NCBI GenBank assembly: GCA_963843975.1
Contig: CAWJMG010000003.1
Location: 810,001-842,000, forward strand
Reading direction: 5' to 3'
DNA from: an uncultured Actinomycetes bacterium
GTDB taxonomy: Bacteria; Actinomycetota; Actinomycetes; S36-B12; CAIYMF01
DNA: 32,000 nt
Positions 26,032 to 32,000 of this stretch are shown piece after piece. A program made the translations under genes and the position numbers. Numbering within the stretch: the stretch's first letter is position 1; every line of letters starts with the position of its first letter. The notes beneath the pieces are model-generated. The model was not told where the DNA came from. It saw nothing but the letters and a program-made list of their open reading frames with translations, and searched no databases.

Positions 26032-27150
26032 TCAGGCTCTAACGTCCCAGCCTGCGAGCCGGAGGCCTTGCGCCAGCGCATCGGCCGAACCGGGCGCGAC
26101 CTCGAGCTCGACCAGGCCGGTCGGGCGTCCCTGGGCGTGCTCGATCCGCACGTCCTCGAGGTTGACGCCGGTGCTGCCCGCATCGGCGAACAGGCGACCG
26201 AGCTCGCCGGGGCGGTCCGCCACGGACACCGACACGACCGCCCAGGCCACCGGTGCCCTGCCGTGCTTGCCGGGCACCCGCAAGTAGCCGGCCACGCCGT
26301 CCTCGAGCGCACGACGTACCTCGACCGTGCCGGCGGCTCCCTCACGCAAGCCGTCCCGGACAGTGCCGAGGCGGGCGATGAGCGCGTCGAGCGCATCGGC
26401 CACGGGGTCGGCGTTGCTCGTGAGGATGTCCGACCAGAGCACGGGGTCCGATGCCGCGAGCCGGGTCACGTCACGAAGGCCCTGACCGGAGAGGCGGACG
26501 CCCGTCTCCCCCAGCCCGGCAAGCCCCGCCGCGACCGTCGAGGCGACCACCTGCGGTGTGTGGGAGGTCAGGGCCACGGCCCGGTCGTGCTCCTCCGGGG
26601 TGGTCACCACGCTGACGGCACCCAGCGACTCGACGAGCGCGACGACGGCGGCGGTGCGGACGGGGTCGGTGGCAGCCGTGGGTGTGAGCGCCCACACCCG
26701 GTCGGCGAACAGATCGGCCCGTGCAGCCGCGGGGCCCGACACCTCGCGCCCCGCCATGGGGTGCCCCGGCACGTAGCGAGCCAGATCGGACGGATCAGAG
26801 GCCAGAGCCTCGACCTCACCCTGAAGTCTAGCCTTGGTGCTTGCAACATCGCTCACTGTCGCGTTGATGTACGTACGTAGTGACGACGTAATGACTGAGG
26901 CAGCTGCGGAGGGCGGAACGCACACGATCACCAGGGCTGCAGCGGCGCCGTCGCTCGACCCGCGCCACTCGGAGAGGGAGATGCCTGCTCCACGCTCGAG
27001 CGCGACGGCGAGCGCAGCGGGGTCGTCGTCCTGGAGCCACACCTCGCGGCCCAGCGCCCGCAGAGCCAAGGCGATGGAGGTGCCGATCAGACCCGTCCCC
27101 ACCACGAGGACGGCGCCGTCGGTAGCAGCCGGCCGCTCCAGCATGCTCAC
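26032..27150 (-). CDS. tyrA: Prephenate dehydrogenase with C-terminal ACT domain
   Basis: Rossmann VLVVGTGLIGTSIALAL, then SDVASTK, VPGHPMAGRE and SHTPQ. GTG at 27150 overlaps the aroH stop. Confidence 0.88.
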   Translation of the reverse strand: MSMLERPAATDGAVLVVGTGLIGTSIALALRALGREVWLQDDDPAALAVALERGAGISLSEWRGSSDGAAAALVIVCVPPSAAASVITSSLRTYINATVSDVASTKARLQGEVEALASDPSDLARYVPGHPMAGREVSGPAAARADLFADRVWALTPTAATDPVRTAAVVALVESLGAVSVVTTPEEHDRAVALTSHTPQVVASTVAAGLAGLGETGVRLSGQGLRDVTRLAASDPVLWSDILTSNADPVADALDALIARLGTVRDGLREGAAGTVEVRRALEDGVAGYLRVPGKHGRAPVAWAVVSVSVADRPGELGRLFADAGSTGVNLEDVRIEHAQGRPTGLVELEVAPGSADALAQGLRLAGWDVRA

Positions 27151-27509
27151 TGCGCGAGGTCCTGGCGCAGGGCTTCGGCCCCCCGCAGGTAGACGTGGGC
27201 GACCTCCGACCGCGGGCGATCCAGCTCGGCGTGCGCCATCACCCGCACCACCCGGGACAGGGCCCCCGGCACCGCGATCTCCTGGGCGCAGATCAGCGGC
27301 ACGTCGCCCAGGCCGATCTCCCGGGCAGCGGCCGCCGGGAACATGCAGACGAGGTCCGGCGTCGAGGTGAAGATCACCGAGATCAGGGAGTCCGTTCCGA
27401 TGCCGTTGCGCTCGAGCATCGTGCGCACGAGCTCGACGACCGCCTCGGTCATCTCGGCGGGATCGTCGGCGGACAGCCGGGTGGCGCCGCGCAGCGCTCG
27501 GACGGACAC
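27147..27509 (-). CDS. aroH: AroH-class chorismate mutase
   Basis: VRALRGAT.., STPDLVCMFPAAAAREIG, ICAQEIAVPGALSRVVRVM and HVYLRGAEALRQDL closely parallel B. subtilis AroH. GTG 27509 (after AAAGGGGA) is preferred over the track start at 27536. Confidence 0.85.
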   Translation of the reverse strand: MSVRALRGATRLSADDPAEMTEAVVELVRTMLERNGIGTDSLISVIFTSTPDLVCMFPAAAAREIGLGDVPLICAQEIAVPGALSRVVRVMAHAELDRPRSEVAHVYLRGAEALRQDLAQ

Positions 27510-28025
27510 GGGATCCCCTTTCGGTCGACGCCTCACCTTAGCGATCCAGCGATCCCTCGCCTTGATGACTCACCGATGAGACGCTCCATCGGTAGGAAGA
27601 TCTATCGGTGCACAGACCTACCGGCAAAGCGCCGAACAGGTTTATCGATCTACCGCTACATCACCAATGCGACGTGACGCTACAGCGCTACTCCCCCGTT
27701 CCCGCCCGGCAGGAGTCGGCGGTCCACCCAAAGCTGACAGGGGCCGTCTGGGATCCCGGCGTCTCGGGCCGAACTGCCGGCCTCGATGGCGGCCGCCGGG
27801 GGTCACCAGCCCGCTGACCTGCATCGATGGTGTGCCGCCGGCCACCTGCGCGAGTCCCTGCGGGGGAGACGGATCGGTTTGTCGACATACTCCGGATGGG
27901 ATCCATCTGCGGTGCGAGTCGACAAAGCCACATAGCCCCACTCAGGGGAAACCCGTGGTTTTGTCGACCTAGCGATGAAGCGCTACCTCGGCAGATCTAC
28001 TCGCCCACCGAGAGGACTGCGGCGG

Positions 28026-28808
28026 TCAGAGCCCGACGGCGGCGTAGAGCTCGCCGACCTCCTGGATCGACAGCGTGCGGACCTTGCCCGAGCGCAGGTC
28101 ACCGAGACCGATGGGGCCGACCTTGACCCGCACGAGGCCCTCGACCGGGTGGCCGACCTCCTTGAGCAGGCGGCGGACGATGTGCTTGCGGCCCTCGTGC
28201 AGCACCAGCTCGACGAGGCTCCGGCCAGGAGCGGAGGTGACGACGCGGAACCTGTCGACGCGGACGATGCCGTCCTCGAGGTCGACGCCCTCGCGCAGCC
28301 TCTTGCCGAGGTCGCGCGGGATGGTCCCCCGCACCTGGGCGAGGTAGGTCTTGGTGACCCCGTGCGAGGGGTGGGCCAGCCGCTGGGCGAGGTCCCCGTC
28401 GTTGGTGAGCAGCAGGAGGCCCTCGGTGTCGGCGTCGAGGCGGCCGACGTGGAAGAGGCGCTCCTTGCGGCCCTTCAGGTAGTCGCCCACGCACGGCCGG
28501 CCACGGTCATCGCTCATCGTCGAGTGGACGCCGCGCGGCTTGTTGAGGGCGAGCACCACATGACCGGGCGCGGTCGGAATGCGCATGCCGTCGACCTTGA
28601 TGGCCGAGCGCGCGGGATCGACCCGGAGTCCCTGCTCGAGGACGATCCGGCCGTCCACCTCGACCCGACCCTCGTCGATCATCTCCTCACAGGCGCGACG
28701 GCTGCCGATCCCGGCCGCAGCCAGCACCTTCTGAAGCCGCACTCCGGACTCGGAGGACGTGCTCGACGTTTGGGGGCTCACAGTCTCAACCTCAACTTCA
28801 CATTTCAT
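28026..28808 (-). CDS. rluB: Pseudouridine synthase, RluB/RsuA family (S4 domain + catalytic domain)
   Basis: S4 domain RLQKVLAAAGIGSRRACEEMIDEGRVEVDG and catalytic motif HVGRLDADTEGLLLLTNDG. An alternative start at GTG 28781 (after GAGG) is equally plausible. Confidence 0.88.
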   Translation of the reverse strand: MKCEVEVETVSPQTSSTSSESGVRLQKVLAAAGIGSRRACEEMIDEGRVEVDGRIVLEQGLRVDPARSAIKVDGMRIPTAPGHVVLALNKPRGVHSTMSDDRGRPCVGDYLKGRKERLFHVGRLDADTEGLLLLTNDGDLAQRLAHPSHGVTKTYLAQVRGTIPRDLGKRLREGVDLEDGIVRVDRFRVVTSAPGRSLVELVLHEGRKHIVRRLLKEVGHPVEGLVRVKVGPIGLGDLRSGKVRTLSIQEVGELYAAVGL

Positions 28809-29535
28809 CGGCTAGTGCATCAAGTAGTTCAATGTCCGGCAGGTAGTCAGCCAAAGGAGGCAACTCCGCCAGGTCGGACACCCCGAGGCGCTCAAGGAAG
28901 AGGTCCGTGGTCCGGTACAGGATCGCCTGGCTCGTCGGATCGTGCCCCGCCTCGGCGATGAGCCCGCGGCTGGTGAGCGTGCGGATCACGCCGTCCACGT
29001 TGACGCCGCGCACGGCGGAGATCCGCGCCCGGCTGACGGGCTGCTTGTAGGCCACCACGGCCAGGGTCTCGAGCGCGGCCTGGGTGAGCCGCGCCTGCTG
29101 CCCGTCGCGGACGAAGCGCTCGACGATCTCCGAGCAGTCCGCCCGCGTGTAGAAACGCCACCCGCCGGACACCTCGCGCAGCTCGAACCCACGGCCCTCG
29201 GCGTCGTACGACGCGGCCACCTGGCGCAGGGTGCGGAGCACCTCGTCGGTCGGCCGGCGCACGAGAGTGGCCAGCGTGGGCACGTCGAGCGGCTCGTCGG
29301 TGACCAGGAGGAGGGCCTCGAGCGCTGCCGACAGGGTCGGTGCGCCGAGGCTGTCGGCCGGCTGGTCGTCCTCGTCGGTGCCGTCGAGGTCGCCCGCAGG
29401 GCCGTCTGCCGGGGCCTCCGCGCCTTCCGTGGCGTCCGGGGCGCCCGTGGACTCCTCGGGGGCCGTCACGGCCTCCTGGGCCTCCTGCAGGGCCTCCTCG
29501 GCGCCGTCCGCGGTCGGGACGTCGGGCTCGCTCAC
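28798..29535 (-). CDS. scpB: Segregation and condensation protein B
   Basis: LEALLLVTDEPL, GGWRFYTR, LTQAALETLAVVAYKQPVSRARISAVRGVNVDGVIRTL. GTG at 29535 overlaps the scpA stop (GTGA). Confidence 0.9.
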   Translation of the reverse strand: MSEPDVPTADGAEEALQEAQEAVTAPEESTGAPDATEGAEAPADGPAGDLDGTDEDDQPADSLGAPTLSAALEALLLVTDEPLDVPTLATLVRRPTDEVLRTLRQVAASYDAEGRGFELREVSGGWRFYTRADCSEIVERFVRDGQQARLTQAALETLAVVAYKQPVSRARISAVRGVNVDGVIRTLTSRGLIAEAGHDPTSQAILYRTTDLFLERLGVSDLAELPPLADYLPDIELLDALADEM

Positions 29536-30449
29536 GCGTCTGCCTCCGTGCTCTCATCGTCCTCGGCCGTCGGGCCGGTCGTGGGGTCGTCCTCGTCCGG
29601 GTCGTCGCCGATGACGACGCCCGAGATGTCTGCGATGTCCTGATCCGTCACCTCAGCGGCTGCCTCGAGCTCTGGCTCGGCCACCGGGCTGCCCTCGTAC
29701 TCCTCCACCGCGACGACGACCTCGCCGTCCGCGGGGCCGGTCCAGCGGACGTGCAGCTCGCCGAGGGGGTCGACCTGGTCGAAGGCCACCGAGCCCTCGC
29801 GGTAGAGCTCCAGCAGCGCCAGGAACCGGGCCACGACGAGCAGCGTGGTGTCGCAGTCGGCGGTGAGGTGCCGGAAGGTCTGCGAGGGGTTGCGGCGCAG
29901 CCGCTCGACCAGCACGGCGGCCTGCTCGCGGACGCTGACCCGCGGGGCGTGGATGTGCGATATCCCCACGGCAGCAACGGGTTTCGGCGCGAGGGCGCGC
30001 CCTGCGAGGACCGCGAACTCCACCGGGCCGAGGCCGAGGAGAACCTCGGGCAGCAGGTCGGTGAACTCCGGGTCGAGGCCGACCGTGCGCGGGCGCCGGC
30101 GACCTCCGGAGCGCAGCATCTCCCCCAGCAGCTCGGAGACGTCGCGGAAGGCGCGGTACTGCAGGAGCCGGGCGAACAGCAGGTCGCGGGCCTCGAGCAG
30201 CGCGAGATCCTCCTCGTCCTCGACCTCGCCCGAGGGCAGCAGGCGGGCCGCTTTGAGGTCGAGCAGGGTCGCGGCGACCACGAGGAACTCGGTGGCCTCG
30301 TCGAGGTCCCACTCCGGGCCGCGGGCGCGGATGTGCGCGAGGAAGTCGTCGATGACGGTGTGCAGGGCCAGCACCGTGACGTCGAGCTTGTGCTTGGCGA
30401 TGAGCGAGAGGAGCAGGTCGAACGGCCCCTCGAACTCGTCGAGGCGCAC
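29532..30449 (-). CDS. scpA: Segregation and condensation protein A (conserved core; the likely N-terminal extension lies in another frame, see findings)
   Basis: VRLDEFEGPFDLLLSLIAKHKLDVTVLALHTVIDDFLAHI.. is the ScpA/kleisin N-terminal motif, with a winged-helix C-terminus. Confidence 0.88.
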   Translation of the reverse strand: MRLDEFEGPFDLLLSLIAKHKLDVTVLALHTVIDDFLAHIRARGPEWDLDEATEFLVVAATLLDLKAARLLPSGEVEDEEDLALLEARDLLFARLLQYRAFRDVSELLGEMLRSGGRRRPRTVGLDPEFTDLLPEVLLGLGPVEFAVLAGRALAPKPVAAVGISHIHAPRVSVREQAAVLVERLRRNPSQTFRHLTADCDTTLLVVARFLALLELYREGSVAFDQVDPLGELHVRWTGPADGEVVVAVEEYEGSPVAEPELEAAAEVTDQDIADISGVVIGDDPDEDDPTTGPTAEDDESTEADA

Positions 30450-30768
30450 CGAGAACCCGTCGCCGGGCTCTCCTCGCCCAACCCCGGCTCGACCGTCGTC
30501 GACTCGTCGGCCTCCGCAACCGCAGCGGCGTCCGCCACCTCGGGCACGGCGTCGTCAGGCCTCGCACCCGGGGCGGGCGCAGGCCCGGACGGGTCGGAGG
30601 CCAGGACGTCGATCACGCGCGGAAACCTACCTTCCGCGGGGCACGGCCCGGACGCGCGAGCGGCAGCGGCCGCCCGGCGCGTCGCTGAAGCGGCGGCACG
30701 ACCTACCTGCTCGTTCGGCTCGGGCGAGAGCCGATGAATCGGTGTGTCGACACATCTACGCCCTCTGA

Positions 30769-30784
30769 CCTGCAACGATGCAGG
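30769..30784 (-). terminator. Weak candidate terminator hairpin after the RHH gene
   Basis: CCTGCA-ACGA-TGCAGG, about 22 nt downstream of the stop at 30806. Confidence 0.3.
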
Positions 30785-30805
30785 ACAGTGGGCGCGGATG
30801 ATGCG

Positions 30806-31261
30806 TCAGAGGCCGCGCAGCCTGCGGACGAGGATGCTCTCCTCGCCCTTGGCCTCGAGGTCGGCGATCACCACGGCGACGGCCTCGCGGACGATGCGCC
30901 CGCGGTCCACCGCCATGCCGTGCTGGGCGCGCAGGGCCAGCTTCGCCTGCTCGAGGGCGACGAGCTCCTCGGGCGAGACGTAGACGGTGATCTTCTCCTC
31001 GTGCCTCTCCCGGCCGGTGGGGCGGACGTCGCCGGCGCGCGCCCTGCGCTTGGGCGTGGACCGCACGCGAGTCGGGGCAGAGGCCGTCGCGGGTGCGGAG
31101 TCCTCCACGGCCTCGAGGCGCGGCTCGGCCGGAGCCGGCGCCGCCGCCAGCGCCACCGCAGCGGCCGGCTCGGGTGCCGGTGCCGACGCGGGCTGGTCGG
31201 CCCCGTCGGAGGTGCGCCGGAAGAGCTCATCGGCTCCGGGCAGCGTCGCTCGTCGGCTCAT
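30806..31261 (-). CDS. Small DNA-binding-type protein: disordered Ala/Pro-rich N-terminus plus C-terminal ribbon-helix-helix-like fold (ParG/CopG-like)
   Basis: ATGA overlap with the ParA stop. The C-terminus KITVYVSPEELVALEQAKLALRAQHGMAVDRGRIVREAVAVVIADL has a strand-helix-helix pattern. Confidence 0.65.
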   Translation of the reverse strand: MSRRATLPGADELFRRTSDGADQPASAPAPEPAAAVALAAAPAPAEPRLEAVEDSAPATASAPTRVRSTPKRRARAGDVRPTGRERHEEKITVYVSPEELVALEQAKLALRAQHGMAVDRGRIVREAVAVVIADLEAKGEESILVRRLRGL

Positions 31262-32000
31262 GGGGCCAGCACCTCCCGGGCGAGCTGGCGGTACGCCGTG
31301 GCGCCCGTCGAGCTCGACGCGTACGTCGTGATCGGCTCGCCCGCCACGGTGGTCTCGGGGAAGCGCACGGTGCGGGCGATCACCGTGTGGAAGACCTTGT
31401 CGTCGAACGCCTCCACCACACGGGCCAGGACCTCCCGGCTGTGCAGTGTCCGACTGTCGTACATCGTGGCCAGAATTCCCTCAACCTCAAGTCGAGGGTT
31501 AATGCGTTCCTGAACCCGATAGATGGTGTCCATGAGGAGGGCGACGCCGCGCAGGGCGAAGAACTCGCACTCCAGCGGGATGATGACGCCGTCGGCTGCC
31601 GCCAGGGCGTTCACCGTCAGCAGGCCCAACGAGGGCTGGCAGTCGATGAGGACGATGTCGTACTCCCCCAGCACCGGGGCAAGGACCCGGGCGAGGGTCT
31701 GCTCGCGGGCGACCTCGGAGACCAGCTGGACCTCGGCGGCGGACAGGTCGATGTTGCCCGGAAGCAGGTCGAGGCCGGGGACCGAGGTCTTGAGCAGGAC
31801 GTCCTCGATCGAGACGTCGCGCTGCATGAGCAGGTTGTAGACCGTCAGGTCGAGCTCGTGCGGGTTGACCCCCAGGCCGACCGAGAGCGCACCCTGGGGA
31901 TCGAAGTCGACCACCAGCACCCGGCGGCCCGCCTCGGCCAGCGCAGCGCCGAGGTTGATCGTCGTCGTGGTCTTGCCGACGCCGCCCTTCTGGTTGCACA
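31258..32000 (-). CDS. Orphan ParA/Soj-family ATPase (PldP / Rv1708-like), 5' end beyond the right edge
   Basis: The frame is open to the window edge: ..CNQKGGVGKTTTTINLGAALAEAGRRVLVVDFDPQG (deviant Walker A), then IDCQPSLG and ATMYDSRT. The track start at 31920 is only the first in-frame GTG. Confidence 0.9.
   Translation of the reverse strand, partial: CNQKGGVGKTTTTINLGAALAEAGRRVLVVDFDPQGALSVGLGVNPHELDLTVYNLLMQRDVSIEDVLLKTSVPGLDLLPGNIDLSAAEVQLVSEVAREQTLARVLAPVLGEYDIVLIDCQPSLGLLTVNALAAADGVIIPLECEFFALRGVALLMDTIYRVQERINPRLEVEGILATMYDSRTLHSREVLARVVEAFDDKVFHTVIARTVRFPETTVAGEPITTYASSSTGATAYRQLAREVLAP
31476..31500. promoter_or_regulatory. Copy 4 of the 25-bp palindromic motif, embedded in the ParA coding sequence
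   Basis: Reverse strand AACCCTCGACTTGAGGTTGAGGGAA, 20 of 25 identical to copy 3. Encoded by the rare codons att aac cct cga ctt gag gtt gag gga att. Confidence 0.45.

Noticed and set aside
26800-26830. Possible fifth copy of the palindromic motif in tyrA (reverse strand GGTGAGGTCGAGGCT shares GAGGTCGAGG).
   Set aside because: Only the right half matches. The left 7-mer at the correct spacing (AGACTTC) matches at 4 of 7 positions. GAGGTCGAG is simply Glu-Val-Glu in common codons.
27717-27730. T-box-like motif TGGGTGGACCGCCG (reverse strand) in the aroH leader.
   Set aside because: It resembles AGGGTGGNACCGCG but needs an indel to align. The UGGA bulge would imply a U discriminator base, which does not fit tRNA-Tyr or tRNA-Phe. 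I could not identify a Stem I, a specifier loop or an antiterminator partner.
27642-27941. ORFs inside the rluB-aroH spacer: 99 aa and 81 aa on the minus strand, 69 and 101 aa on the plus strand, and a 34-codon basic peptide at 27575-27679 (+).
   Set aside because: Their third-position G/C content is clearly below that of genuine genes here. The products are Arg/Pro/Gly-rich. There is no ribosome-binding site context, and the ORFs overlap one another in several frames.
28853-28860. Perfect Shine-Dalgarno-like AAAGGAGG on the plus strand inside scpB.
   Set aside because: No ATG, GTG or TTG follows within a usable distance on the plus strand. The sequence is the antisense of the Leu-Pro-Pro-Leu codons in the scpB tail.

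Overview
Very GC-rich, almost fully coding actinobacterial chromosome window (Micrococcales-like by gene content; assignment by eye only). Three blocks. (1) 1-12.1 kb: small enzymes and RtcB, then the conserved actinobacterial block gcvP (with tandem glycine riboswitch), MerR, DUF151 nuclease, MerR (FtsR-like), FHA protein (OdhI/GarA position), gcvH, DUF881/small basic protein/DUF881, pgsA. As I recall it, this is the gene order of M. tuberculosis Rv1832..Rv1822. (2) 12.1-22.7 kb: accessory-looking stretch. It holds an ECF sigma/anti-sigma pair followed by a DUF4331, TPR and His-rich NicO-like permease trio, then a K+ channel, an HD protein, and an endolysin-like peptidase. It ends in an array of decayed copies of the tRNA-Pro 3' end next to the real tRNA-Pro(GGG). 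(3) 22.7-32 kb: der-plsC-cmk, tyrA-aroH, rluB-scpB-scpA, an RHH protein and an orphan ParA (Rv1713..Rv1708-like order), interrupted by unusually long AT-richer structured spacers. Most interesting observations: (a) the uncharacterised sigma-linked DUF4331/TPR/NicO module, whose predicted mature N-termini look like metal-binding motifs; (b) a 25-bp 7-11-7 palindrome (ACCCTCGAC-N5-GTnGAGGGTT) found three times in the spacers of the MerR/FHA cluster and once inside the ParA coding sequence, where it forces rare codons; (c) att-like tRNA-Pro 3'-end duplications; (d) a ~490-nt structured leader in front of aroH-tyrA; (e) three single-base frameshifts plus a missing stop codon in conserved housekeeping genes, which look like homopolymer indels (assembly error or real decay). 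No CRISPR array, rRNA, transposase or integrase gene was seen.
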